DNA of 64,000 bases, taken from contig JAFQRL010000025.1 of NCBI GenBank assembly GCA_017410065.1, positions 18,793-82,792 on the forward strand, given 5' to 3'. The stretch comes from Clostridia bacterium. Its GTDB lineage: Bacteria; Bacillota; Clostridia; Oscillospirales; CAG-272. Of this stretch, positions 8,266 through 17,782 are shown piece by piece (within the stretch, counting starts at the first letter, position 1; every line of letters begins with the position of its first letter). The position numbers were made by a program, and so were the translations under genes. A model generated the notes under the pieces. It worked only from the letters and a program-made list of their open reading frames with translations, was not told the origin of the DNA and searched no databases.

Positions 8266-9558
8266 TTATTTCAAGGCGTACATTGCGGCACCGACCGCGC
8301 CGCTATGGGCTCCGTAGGTGACAGTAACCTCGGCTCCGAACACCTCGGAGATCACCTGACGCCACATTTTGCTTGAGGACGGTCCGCCGCACATTGCTAT
8401 GCGATCTATCTTCACGGTGCCCGATATCCTCTCCTTAAGCTTTCCCGCGATACCCTCCATAAGAGCCCTTGCGATGCTCTCCTTCGAATATGCCGAAAGG
8501 TCGGGCAGCTCCTTTGCCAGGGGGTTAAAGGATAAGCCGTCGGTTTTGCCGTTTGAGAGTTCCGCATATTTTTCAAGCTCGGCGAATTTATTTTCGCCCG
8601 AGGCGATATATTTTTCCACGATCTCCGCTATTCTCTCGGATGCTCTTGCAAGCGAGCACATAGCTGCCCAGGGTCCGCGAGGAGTGAGGAAGGGGTCACA
8701 AAGAAATTCGTTTTTCACGATGCTCTCTCTATCCTCCATCGGGAAAAGGCAGACCCAAGAGGTGCCGCAGGAGACGAGCAGGTCGCCCTCCTTAAGAATT
8801 CCCGAGGCGCGGGCGGCTGTGGGATGGTCGAAGGAGCCGACAAACACCTTCGTTCCCTCGGGGAGTCCTGTGTCGGCTGATGCCCGAGACGTGAGCGAGC
8901 CGAGCAGGTCGCCGCTTTCACGAAGGGGCGGAAGCTGGGCTTCGCAAAGCCCGAGAGCCGAAAGATATTCCTTATTCCAGCATCTCTTTTTCTGATCGAG
9001 GAAAAAGAAGGGGGTGGCGGTGGAGACGTCTATTCCCCACTCTCCCGTCAGCCTTTTGAGAAGATATTCGGTGGTCATACACACCACGTTTTCCTCCGAG
9101 AGAAGCTCGGGAGAATTGAGCCTTACGTGGGAAAGCTGACCGAGGGGGAAGGAGCCCGAAAGACCCCATCCCGCGCTCTCTCTAACCTCCGAGCCAAAGC
9201 CCTCTCCAAATACGGCGCGTATCTCCTCTGTGAAGGGCTTATTGAGCCAGGAATATGCGCTGATTTTGGCGTTACCTTGGCGGTCGCATATAAGGGAGTT
9301 GCCCGATGCGCTTGCCATTGCTATGCCCGAGAGATCAGCTCCTGCGGGAAGATGGGCGGAAAGCTCCTTTATGGTGCCCGTGACGGTGCGATAAAATTCT
9401 TCCGGGTCTATGCCGAGGTATTCCGCACCGCTTGGGAGATATGCCCTTCTATAAGAAAATGGGGCGGTCGACTTGGCAATTATGCCGAGCTTCTCCGAAA
9501 AAAGCACGGCCTTTGCGGAGGAGGTGCCGAGGTCGAGACCTATTGCGTAGCGTTCCAT
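8266..9558 (-). CDS. FGGY-family carbohydrate kinase (short, xylulokinase-like)
   Basis: N-terminal AIGLDLGTSSAKAVLF motif, a C-terminal GGPSSS...W motif, and a GGAGG RBS. Confidence 0.85.
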   Translation of the reverse strand: MERYAIGLDLGTSSAKAVLFSEKLGIIAKSTAPFSYRRAYLPSGAEYLGIDPEEFYRTVTGTIKELSAHLPAGADLSGIAMASASGNSLICDRQGNAKISAYSWLNKPFTEEIRAVFGEGFGSEVRESAGWGLSGSFPLGQLSHVRLNSPELLSEENVVCMTTEYLLKRLTGEWGIDVSTATPFFFLDQKKRCWNKEYLSALGLCEAQLPPLRESGDLLGSLTSRASADTGLPEGTKVFVGSFDHPTAARASGILKEGDLLVSCGTSWVCLFPMEDRESIVKNEFLCDPFLTPRGPWAAMCSLARASERIAEIVEKYIASGENKFAELEKYAELSNGKTDGLSFNPLAKELPDLSAYSKESIARALMEGIAGKLKERISGTVKIDRIAMCGGPSSSKMWRQVISEVFGAEVTVTYGAHSGAVGAAMYALK

Positions 9559-9568
9559 ATCTCCTCCG

Positions 9569-10954
9569 TTATATGACGGTACACTTCATACCGAGAGTTT
9601 TTGCAAAGAGCGCAAGAGAGCTTGAATCGACTCCGTAAACGAATGCGCTGTGATGAGTGCCGCCCAGCTCGCTATACCCGGCAAGAAGCTTTGAGACTTC
9701 CGTCTTCGGCTTAAACCAGCCGTTGATGGACGACTTGAAGTTTTCAAGCACCTCGGGCACCTGCATCATCTCGCCCTCAACTATAACGACGTCATACCAG
9801 CCGTCGGCGTTGGGGAGCATATTGAAGACACAACCCTGCCCAGCCTTCATATTACCGATAAGATAGGTTGGATCCTCGCTCTTGGCAAAGGCGAAGGGCT
9901 TTGTGAGCATACGGCGGTTTTCCATAAGCGCGGCATTACACTCGCCCATATGGTTAAAATAAACCGAGCTGTTTTTCCAGTCGGGGCAGAACATTTCAAC
10001 AAAGTTGACCTCATCGTAAACACCCATAAGGGCACCGACAAGAGCCGCGTCTATAAGGTCTCCCTCTCCCGCATAGCCAACGCCTGCCGCCATCTGCTTG
10101 CAAGCCTCGGTGAAGGGGATGATATCAAAGCCCTTTGTCTTGCCAACGCCGAGGAAATTCATAGTGAAGCCCGAAAGCCCCTCCTCCTTTATCCACTCTC
10201 TTACGGCGAGAGCGGTTTTATGGGTGTTGGCATATTTTTCATAAGGTACTGCCGAGGCGCCGTTTATCTTACAGTCAAGCTCGTATTCGGCTCTCACATC
10301 CTCGTCGGTGATCCTCGAGGAAATTTCAGAAAGGCGCTCGCCGTCGCAATCAACGCGAACCAAGCCGAGGCGGGAGAAGGTCTCCTTGGAAACGGTGAAA
10401 TCTCCCATTCCCTCAAAGGCACCGCCGATACTGCCCACCTTCATTCCCGAAAGAGAATTCGCCGCCTTTATGGCGCGAGCGGCATCAACCGTTCTCCTCA
10501 CAACGTCGGACTCGGTGAAATGCCCTGCAAAGACAGAATAATCCTTGCCGAGGCGGCGAAGAAGATTGCAGATATCCTGCACGCCGTGGATGCCGTGATT
10601 ATAGCTCACAGATCCTGCCGCTACGTTGAAATCGAAGCAATAGTCTCTTGTGGTGTCGAGCACAAGGATGGGAAGCTTTGTTCCCGCAAGCACCTCCGCG
10701 CTCTCAAGAGAAGGAGAGTAGGCGAGGTTTATTGTGACTATCGCATCAACACCTGCCGCCTCAAAGCTCTTTACCGCCGCCTCAAATTCGGGGCGGATAC
10801 GGCAAATGTCTGCCGCAAGGACCTCGGCACCCTCTGCCCTGATAGCGGAGAGAACGTCCGAATAAAGCTTTTCCATTCCTGCGCGATAGGCGGGAACGAA
10901 ATCGTCGTATAGCTTTATGTATAAAGGAAGAACACCGATTTTAACACTTTTCAT
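9569..10954 (-). CDS. L-fucose/L-arabinose isomerase-family sugar isomerase
   Basis: Start moved to ATG 10954 (MKSVKIGVLPLY...), which has a GAGGAGA RBS. The track's extension would overlap the upstream gene. Family call is by overall resemblance. Confidence 0.7.
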   Translation of the reverse strand: MKSVKIGVLPLYIKLYDDFVPAYRAGMEKLYSDVLSAIRAEGAEVLAADICRIRPEFEAAVKSFEAAGVDAIVTINLAYSPSLESAEVLAGTKLPILVLDTTRDYCFDFNVAAGSVSYNHGIHGVQDICNLLRRLGKDYSVFAGHFTESDVVRRTVDAARAIKAANSLSGMKVGSIGGAFEGMGDFTVSKETFSRLGLVRVDCDGERLSEISSRITDEDVRAEYELDCKINGASAVPYEKYANTHKTALAVREWIKEEGLSGFTMNFLGVGKTKGFDIIPFTEACKQMAAGVGYAGEGDLIDAALVGALMGVYDEVNFVEMFCPDWKNSSVYFNHMGECNAALMENRRMLTKPFAFAKSEDPTYLIGNMKAGQGCVFNMLPNADGWYDVVIVEGEMMQVPEVLENFKSSINGWFKPKTEVSKLLAGYSELGGTHHSAFVYGVDSSSLALFAKTLGMKCTVI

Positions 10955-10964
10955 TTTTCTCTCC

Positions 10965-11459
10965 TCACTCACCGATAACGGTGATGCGCAGCTTTCTCTG
11001 GCGCGCTCTTGTTGTGTCAAAGTCAATAAGGAACACGTTTCCGAAGGTTCCGAGGTCCGCCTCGCCGTCCATAACGGCTATGGTCTCGCTTCTTCCAACA
11101 AGCTGGGAGCGAAGATGCGCGTCGGTGTTATGGCAACCGCGAAGGTCCTCGTCGTGCTCTGCGGCAAAGGCAATAGCCTTAGGACCCGGGTGGAGATAAA
11201 TTCTCTCTCTTACGCAGTCGGGCATAATTTTCTGGAGTGCTTCAACGAAATCCTGCTGAAGGGTCTCAAGTCCGCTGACGGACATATCAAAGGCAAGCTC
11301 CTGGGTGCTGACCGAGCAAGTGGTGTGAGGGGTGGAAACGGTTACGGTGCCGATCTTAATATTGCTCTCCTCAACAGCCGCCTTCACCTCATCGGTTACG
11401 TTATGGAAGGTTATGGCTCTGTCGTTTGACCCGAGCATTACTGTTTTCTGAAATACCAT
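10965..11459 (-). CDS. YjbQ/UPF0047-family protein (secondary thiamine-phosphate synthase family)
   Basis: ...ITFHNVTDEV...GTVTVSTPHTTCSV... matches the YjbQ signature region. AAGGAGA RBS. Confidence 0.75.
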   Translation of the reverse strand: MVFQKTVMLGSNDRAITFHNVTDEVKAAVEESNIKIGTVTVSTPHTTCSVSTQELAFDMSVSGLETLQQDFVEALQKIMPDCVRERIYLHPGPKAIAFAAEHDEDLRGCHNTDAHLRSQLVGRSETIAVMDGEADLGTFGNVFLIDFDTTRARQRKLRITVIGE

Positions 11460-11460
11460 A

Positions 11461-12162
11461 TTATTCTCCTTTTTTAAGGTCGTCTGCCGCGCGACGTACT
11501 GCGGCGACCATCTCGTCTATCATAGCTATGGGATCCTTCGCCTTAATGATTCCCGAAGCGGCACCTGCTGCATCCGAGCCCGCCATAATAAAATCGTAGA
11601 CCTGCTCACCCGAGGTGATGCCAGCCGCCTGCTCAACGAGAATATCCGAATAGATGCTCTTTATTTCCTTCACGGACTCGCGGACAAAGCCCATATCGCT
11701 TGCCTGCGTGCCGCCGATGAGCTCGCTTGGCTCGGGATTGATAATATCGGGATGAAGCTGTGCTATTGCTTTTGCCTCGGCTATTGTGTCTGCGCAGGCG
11801 AAAACGAGGAAATCAAGCTCTCTTGCGCGGTCGATGGTCTTTTTGATCTGCGGTACGGACATAGGCTTCTCGCAATGGTTGACCACCACGCCAACGGCTC
11901 CTGCCGCCTTAAGTCCCTCGGGGAGGATGTCTGCCATTCCTCTGCCGGGGTAGAGGGTGTCCATATAGGAGGCGAGGATAATAAGATGCTTTGTGTTTTC
12001 GGCTATCCTTCTTATCTCCACCGCGGGGGCGATAAAGAGAACGTCTATATCGTATTTCTCTGCCGCGCGGTCTGCGGCGAGAGCATATTCAAGCACGGTG
12101 TCTCCGTACACGTAATTCTTAACACCTATTTCAAAATAGGGTGTTCTTATCTGTGGCTTCAT
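11461..12162 (-). CDS. Triose-phosphate-isomerase-family protein (archaeal-type TIM-like)
   Basis: VVVNHCEKP and EPSELIGGT resemble the archaeal TIM NHSE and EPPELIGTG catalytic motifs. Only a 1-nt gap separates it from yjbQ. Confidence 0.65.
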   Translation of the reverse strand: MKPQIRTPYFEIGVKNYVYGDTVLEYALAADRAAEKYDIDVLFIAPAVEIRRIAENTKHLIILASYMDTLYPGRGMADILPEGLKAAGAVGVVVNHCEKPMSVPQIKKTIDRARELDFLVFACADTIAEAKAIAQLHPDIINPEPSELIGGTQASDMGFVRESVKEIKSIYSDILVEQAAGITSGEQVYDFIMAGSDAAGAASGIIKAKDPIAMIDEMVAAVRRAADDLKKGE

Positions 12163-12184
12163 TTTGTTTTCCCTTCAGATTATT

Positions 12185-13210
12185 TTACTTTACGCTTTTT
12201 ATAAGCTTATCGGCATTGGAGAAGAGCACCTTCTCAACCTCGCTGTCCTTAAGTCCGAGAGCCATAGCGCTTCTCTTGAACGCCTTAAGCTGCTCGTAGA
12301 TCATAAGGGTGATATTCTCGCCGTCCTTTGCCTCGCGCATATGGGGCTGACCGTTCACGTCGCCGTAAAGTCCCTTGGGAACGACGTTGTAATATACGCC
12401 ATCCTCAACGATACGGTACATTCTCATAAGAGCTATGGGAAGATCGGTGCCGTAGATCACGCGGTCAACACCGACGCACTTGATAGCCTCGGTTATAGCA
12501 TCGTCCAGAACGTTTGCGGTGAAATCAAAATAGAGGTTCTTGCTTTCCTTGATAATCTCAAAGGCATTGCCGAAGTCTGCTCTTGAATATGCTCTGCCGA
12601 CGTGGGCGACTATGAGCTTGACGTTGGGATATTTGCGGTCTATCTCCATTATCTGCGCAATATTCACAGGGTCGCGAAGGCGGTCTGCTCTCGGAATATG
12701 GAGCATTACTATCCATCCGTTTTTATTTGCTACCTCAAGATGAGACTCGGGAAGATAATCGAATATTCTTATTTCCCCCGCAGGAATATAGGAGGGACTG
12801 CAGGTGATATAGGGCTTAAGTCCGAGGAATCCGCCCGCCTTTACCTTCTCCTCAAGCTCCTCGGGAGTCTGGGAATAGTCGGTACGGTAGAGCATAGGAT
12901 AGTTATAGTCCTTGTTGGTTTCAAGAACGAAGGCGTTCATTTGCTCAATGTCGCTGAGGCAAAGTCCAAAGATAAGCGAATTAACCTTCTGATTTGGCAG
13001 AAGTATCTTGTTTATCTCGGTGAGCTCTGCCGCTGACATATGCTTATCAAGGTAATCTGTCCAGGTGGAGCCGCCGTTTCTCTTTCCGTGAGGGTTGAGT
13101 CCTCCAACCGAAACGTGAACGTGAGCATCAAGCATTTTGTCGGGAAGGAAGCTTGCAAGCTCCTTTTCATAGACCTGGCGGTCGTAATCTGTCAATATAA
13201 GCTTTTTCAT
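12185..13210 (-). CDS. Amidohydrolase-family (Amidohydro_2-like) metal-dependent hydrolase
   Basis: N-terminal metal-binding LDAHVHV (HxH), a later His/Asp pattern, and an AAGGAGA RBS. Confidence 0.7.
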   Translation of the reverse strand: MKKLILTDYDRQVYEKELASFLPDKMLDAHVHVSVGGLNPHGKRNGGSTWTDYLDKHMSAAELTEINKILLPNQKVNSLIFGLCLSDIEQMNAFVLETNKDYNYPMLYRTDYSQTPEELEEKVKAGGFLGLKPYITCSPSYIPAGEIRIFDYLPESHLEVANKNGWIVMLHIPRADRLRDPVNIAQIMEIDRKYPNVKLIVAHVGRAYSRADFGNAFEIIKESKNLYFDFTANVLDDAITEAIKCVGVDRVIYGTDLPIALMRMYRIVEDGVYYNVVPKGLYGDVNGQPHMREAKDGENITLMIYEQLKAFKRSAMALGLKDSEVEKVLFSNADKLIKSVK

Positions 13211-13249
13211 AATAAGTCTCCTTTTTCTGTCGGTTTATTGATCGTACCT

Positions 13250-14500
13250 TCAGTCGGGCTCATTCAGAAGCGCGCGATAAAGCTCAAGCTGCTTTTCCGT
13301 GGGCTTATAATCGGGATTGGAGCAGCAAGGAAGTGTTGGGGGCTCACCGTTCTTTCCCCAGAAGGGAGAGAGGTGATCGTTTTCGTACTTCTTGCGGTCC
13401 TCCTCCTTATGGAAATCGGGGATATCGTATGGCATACCGCCCTCAAGCGCGGAGCGGTGAGCAAGGATAGCCACCGAGGACATAGTGACAGCCGAATGAA
13501 TATCGTAGGGGTGAGGGGGCTGCTTGCCTTCAAGGACTGCGTTTACAAAGGTACGGGAGGTGATGAAGTCTCCGCCGCCGTGACCGCCCTGCCAGATAAG
13601 ATGCTCATCGGGATCGTTCCACTTGGGCTCATAGAGATTTTCCGCAGGCATTCCCTCGGGCTTATCCCACTCGTTATAGCGGAGCATAACCTTATTGCCC
13701 ATACCGCGAAGGTTTTCGATCTGACCCTTGGTGCCGCAGATACGGTAGGTATGGTGATGCGCGCCGAATTTTGCGCAGCCTGTGAAGCGGAATACGCTAC
13801 CGTCGTTGTTCGTGGTTATGATGGTAGACGCGACGTCGCCAACGTAGCAAGCAGTGGGCACGTCGGAGGTATTGGGAGCATAGGAGTTCATACACGCAAC
13901 TCTCACGGGAGTTGCGCCGCTGATACGCATTATCGGACCGAGGGAGTGGGTGAGATAATAGCTTCTGGGAAGGAAGTTGCGCCAATGCTTCTCGTAGTAA
14001 TTATAGGTCTTCATAAATTTCTTATCGTAGGCGGAGACGGGGTGGTTATATTCGCCCTCCGCATAAACGACCTTGCCGAGGGTGCCGCTATCGACAATTC
14101 TCTTCATTTCCCTATTAAATATCATATCGGGATAGTTTTCGGCGAGCATAAAGATAGACTTGGACTTCTCAAACTCGCGGATAAGCTCAACACCCTCTGC
14201 CATAGTTATATTGGAAATACATTCGCAGAAAACGTGAATATTTCTCTTGAAGCACTCGATGACGAAGGGGGTGTGCTCGTGGAAATCGTTTGCAACTATA
14301 ACAGCGTCCATATCGTGATTTATAAATTCGTCAAAGCTCTCGTAGCAGGCAACGTCCCCTCCAAGCTGCTTTGCCGCCGCTTCGCGGCGTTCCTTGTGTT
14401 TATCGCAAAGTGCGACAATGTCGCAATTCAGAAGCATAAAATTCTTTGAAAGATTAAAGCCTCTGCCTGCACCGAAAATTCCGATCTTCAATTTTCCCAT
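13250..14500 (-). CDS. Gfo/Idh/MocA-family NAD(P)-dependent oxidoreductase
   Basis: N-terminal Rossmann KIGIFGAGRG, typical EKP-less long C-terminal domain, and a GGAGA RBS. Confidence 0.85.
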   Translation of the reverse strand: MGKLKIGIFGAGRGFNLSKNFMLLNCDIVALCDKHKERREAAAKQLGGDVACYESFDEFINHDMDAVIVANDFHEHTPFVIECFKRNIHVFCECISNITMAEGVELIREFEKSKSIFMLAENYPDMIFNREMKRIVDSGTLGKVVYAEGEYNHPVSAYDKKFMKTYNYYEKHWRNFLPRSYYLTHSLGPIMRISGATPVRVACMNSYAPNTSDVPTACYVGDVASTIITTNNDGSVFRFTGCAKFGAHHHTYRICGTKGQIENLRGMGNKVMLRYNEWDKPEGMPAENLYEPKWNDPDEHLIWQGGHGGGDFITSRTFVNAVLEGKQPPHPYDIHSAVTMSSVAILAHRSALEGGMPYDIPDFHKEEDRKKYENDHLSPFWGKNGEPPTLPCCSNPDYKPTEKQLELYRALLNEPD

Positions 14501-14735
14501 TTCAAATTCTCCATTTCGTTTAAAAATATTTTAGCATAATAAATAGGTCAACATAAGGGAGCCCGAGCCCAGCTCCTGTAAACTCCCTGTAAACTCTACA
14601 ATAAAATTTTAACACGCGGGAGTTCTTCAAAACAATAGAAATATTCTATCATTTTATTAAAAATAGTTTGATTTGCTTGCTTTTTTCATATTTATCGGTT
14701 ATACTGTTATTAACAAGCCGAAGGGATATTCAAAA

Positions 14736-15572
14736 ATGAACGAAAATAACATCTGCAAATTCATACCCGAGGCGTTAGCCTTTGAGCGCGAAATTTTCAA
14801 TTTCGTTTATGAAAAAAAGCACGCGGCAATGAAAAAGCACGTAACGCTTGCGGCAAGCAAGCTTTGCCTTGTCAGCCGCGGCGAGCCTACCTTTTATTGC
14901 GACGGTATGCCAACGAAATGCTCCACCGGCTCCATCATCTTTATATTTGAGGGAGAGGAGTCGTACGTTGAGCCCGACGATAAAACCGAATATTTATATA
15001 TAACCTTCCGCGGCACAAGATACGACGAGCTTTTCCGCAGATTTTCGGTCAACAGATCAAACAGATGCTTTTCGGGCTTCGACGGACTTATTCCTATGTG
15101 GTCGGAGAGCCTTTCCAGGGCTATTGACGATAATATAGACCTCGTTGCGGAGAGTATGCTTATATACACGCTTTCAAGGCTCACGGGCGTGTCGGGCAGT
15201 GAGAAGGATCTGATAGAGCGGGTGGTGCGGCTCAGCGAGCAGAATTATATGGACCCCGAGCTTTCTCTTGCCACCGTTTCGGCAGAGGTGCGCTATAATC
15301 CGAAATACGTTTCTCATCTTTTCAAGAAGCGGATGGGTATGGGCTACACCGAATATCTCCGTATGCTCAGGCTGAAAAACGCCATTGCCCTATTTGATCA
15401 CGGGCTGGACTCTGTGAAAAACGTTGCTCTGCTTTCGGGCTTTTCCGATCCGCTTTATTTTTCCTCGGTCTTCAAGGGAAGCGTTGGCAAGTCTCCGAAG
15501 GAATACATTATGAGCAGAAGGGGCGGAGGCAATGAGCCTGACGAGGTAGCCGATGACAGCCGCTCCAAATAA
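14736..15572 (+). CDS. AraC-family transcriptional regulator
   Basis: C-terminal double HTH (...VSHLFKKRMGMGYTEYLRMLRLKNA...SGFSDPLYFSSVFK...). ATG 14736 is preferred over the track's 14673. It is divergent from the sugar operon. Confidence 0.85.
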   Translation: MNENNICKFIPEALAFEREIFNFVYEKKHAAMKKHVTLAASKLCLVSRGEPTFYCDGMPTKCSTGSIIFIFEGEESYVEPDDKTEYLYITFRGTRYDELFRRFSVNRSNRCFSGFDGLIPMWSESLSRAIDDNIDLVAESMLIYTLSRLTGVSGSEKDLIERVVRLSEQNYMDPELSLATVSAEVRYNPKYVSHLFKKRMGMGYTEYLRMLRLKNAIALFDHGLDSVKNVALLSGFSDPLYFSSVFKGSVGKSPKEYIMSRRGGGNEPDEVADDSRSK

Positions 15573-15672
15573 GCAGCCGTAAAGATGTGCATATTCTCGC
15601 CGTTTTTCAAAGGTGCTCTTGAAAGGTCTGCCGGCTTATACTTGAATTTAAATGAATAAAGGAAAATAAACA

Positions 15673-16203
15673 ATGTCTAATATCTGGCACGATATCTCAC
15701 CTAAAAGAATAAACGCGGAGGATTTTATCTGCGTTATAGAAATATCCAAGGGCAGTAAAAAGAAATACGAGCTTGACAAGGAAACGGGTTATATTATTCT
15801 TGACAGAATACTCTACACCTCAACCCACTATCCCGCAAATTACGGCTTTATTCCCAGAACCTACGGAGACGACAACGACCCTCTTGACGTTTTGCTTCTC
15901 TGCTCCGAGCCCCTTGAGCCGATGTCCCTTGTCCGAGCATATCCCATAGGTGTCATAAAGATGATCGACAACGGAAGATGCGACGAAAAGATAATCGCCA
16001 TTCCCTTTAACGACCCCACCTACAATAAATACACGAATATCGATCAGCTCCCCTCTCACATTTTTGACGAGATGCGCCACTTCTTCTCGGTGTATAAAAA
16101 CCTTGAGCACAAGGAGACCGCCGTTGACGAGGTCTCGGGACCCGAGGAGGCGTTGCGGATAATTCGCCTCGCAATAGCTAAATATAAAGAGAATTTCTGC
16201 TGA
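15673..16203 (+). CDS. ppa: Inorganic pyrophosphatase, family I
   Basis: Signature ...KYE.DKETG...DR...YP.NYGFIP.T..DDGDPLDVL... is recognisable. Confidence 0.95.
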   Translation: MSNIWHDISPKRINAEDFICVIEISKGSKKKYELDKETGYIILDRILYTSTHYPANYGFIPRTYGDDNDPLDVLLLCSEPLEPMSLVRAYPIGVIKMIDNGRCDEKIIAIPFNDPTYNKYTNIDQLPSHIFDEMRHFFSVYKNLEHKETAVDEVSGPEEALRIIRLAIAKYKENFC

Positions 16204-16247
16204 TGACTTCACCTCCGCTTGAGCCCTTGGCTCATCACCTAAACAAG

Positions 16248-16293
16248 CAGAAAAGAGAGAACAACGGTATAGCCGAAAGTTCTCTCTTTTCTG
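16248..16293 (+). terminator. Strong hairpin downstream of ppa
   Basis: Perfect 15-bp stem CAGAAAAGAGAGAAC / GTTCTCTCTTTTCTG with a 16-nt loop. Confidence 0.6.
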
Positions 16294-16296
16294 TTG

Positions 16297-16512
16297 GTGA
16301 AGTTTTTGCTATCGCAAAAGTGAAGTTGCGCCGCGACCCCCCAAAGCTCATACTTCGCTTCGGGGAACCCCGTTTCAGTGAAGTTTGCCGCTTTGCGACG
16401 CAAAGCATCAAGTGAAGTTAAGTTTGCCCATCACTTCGCCGTCAGGCGAAACTTCACTCACGAAGTGAACTTCACTATCAGAGATAACTTCACTTGCCCA
16501 AAGGGCAAACTT
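16297..16512. repeat. Cluster of 8-mer words: 4x GTGAAGTT and 3x AACTTCAC
   Basis: Direct copies at 16297, 16320, 16378 and 16412. Inverted copies at 16450, 16468 and 16486. Interspersed small palindromes. Confidence 0.8.
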
Positions 16513-16516
16513 AGTT

Positions 16517-16546
16517 AGCGTGATACTCCGTTAAGAGTATCACGCT
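16517..16546. terminator. Hairpin overlapping the stop of the 16545-17183 gene
   Basis: 12-bp stem AGCGTGATACTC / GAGTATCACGCT with loop CGTTAA. Confidence 0.5.
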
Positions 16547-17183
16547 ATCGGATAGAGACGCTTTTTTCCTTCTCGAATTGCTCGCGGCGGTGCTCCCTTT
16601 CAACGTAATTCACGAAGGTCCCTGCGGTGAAGATCCTTGTGCCGAGCACGTCGTCGCCCGTGAAGGCAACGCGGATGGAGGTCTTTTCCTCGGTGACGAA
16701 GCTGACCTCGCCCGAGGCGGGGTTGAATATCATTACCTCGACTGTGCGAACGCCCTCCGACGGTGCTATCCCCGAGGTGTTCATTTTCGGAACTCTTATG
16801 ACCTTTGTGCCAACGGCGAAGCCCGATCTTGCGTTAACGAGCTTTTCCCTGCCCCGAAGCTTGACGTAAGCGGAAATACGGAAGCGCGAAAAGCGCACGG
16901 CGTACTCTGCCGTGGCAAAATGCACCACCTTACCGATGCCGCCTCCGTTGAAGATACGAACGAGATATTGCGCGCCCCCAAGCTTAACGGATATTTCGGG
17001 AGTGGATGAGAGCCGAAAGAGGGAGAGGAGAGGAAGCTTTAAGAATTTCACCTCGGCGCCCGACACCGAGCGAAGCTTAAGAATTTTGCGGTAAAGCTTT
17101 ATTCTTCTCAACAAAAGAGAGACGAGAGACACAGCAAACCAGATGGCAAGGAGTATGAGCGCGAATTTAAGTATACCTGTCAT
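16545..17183 (-). CDS. Hypothetical N-terminally membrane-anchored protein
   Basis: Strong RBS (AAGGAGGGGG). One N-terminal TM helix. No recognisable motif. Confidence 0.6.
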   Translation of the reverse strand: MTGILKFALILLAIWFAVSLVSLLLRRIKLYRKILKLRSVSGAEVKFLKLPLLSLFRLSSTPEISVKLGGAQYLVRIFNGGGIGKVVHFATAEYAVRFSRFRISAYVKLRGREKLVNARSGFAVGTKVIRVPKMNTSGIAPSEGVRTVEVMIFNPASGEVSFVTEEKTSIRVAFTGDDVLGTRIFTAGTFVNYVEREHRREQFEKEKSVSIR

Positions 17184-17193
17184 ATCCCCCTCC

Positions 17194-17781
17194 TTATATC
17201 TCGGAGAGCCAAAGCCCCTGCCACGCCTTAATGGACTTCATTGCCGAGAGAAGGCGGGTGAGGAGAATGGCAAGCGAGAGCATCAAGCCGCCGAGAATAT
17301 AACCGAGGTGATCGGTATACATTCTGCCAAAGGAGAAAAGATAATCGAAGATCGGGTCTGCAAGCTCGTGAATATGCTCGGGGACGAGAGCCGATGCCAC
17401 CACGAAGGGCGTGGGCACGGCGACCGCGACCGCGATATCCGACTTTATATATCTTGGGAAGTATAGTCTTGCGCCCTCGGCGAAGCTGTAAAGACCGTCC
17501 GTTCTGCTTATCATATACTCCATCCGCTCGTTATCGTAGCGGACCGTGATATACGAGAAAAGAAAAACGGCAAGGCTTGCAATAATAATATCAAGGGTTG
17601 CGGTGAGTGTGGCGTATTCCGCGCTTTGGGTGACGGGGCTATAATATTCAAAGACCTCGGGAAACCATTCGCAAAGGGCGGGAAAGAGGGTGCCGCGAAT
17701 AAGAAATTGGGGAATATTCACCGCAAGGGGCATAAGCAGCCAAAGGATGATGGCAAAGAAAAGGTTCTTCGCAAGCCGCAT
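17194..17781 (-). CDS. Hypothetical polytopic membrane protein
   Basis: Several hydrophobic helices. Tightly packed between nif3 and the next gene. No recognisable motif. Confidence 0.6.
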   Translation of the reverse strand: MRLAKNLFFAIILWLLMPLAVNIPQFLIRGTLFPALCEWFPEVFEYYSPVTQSAEYATLTATLDIIIASLAVFLFSYITVRYDNERMEYMISRTDGLYSFAEGARLYFPRYIKSDIAVAVAVPTPFVVASALVPEHIHELADPIFDYLFSFGRMYTDHLGYILGGLMLSLAILLTRLLSAMKSIKAWQGLWLSEI

Positions 17782-17782
17782 A

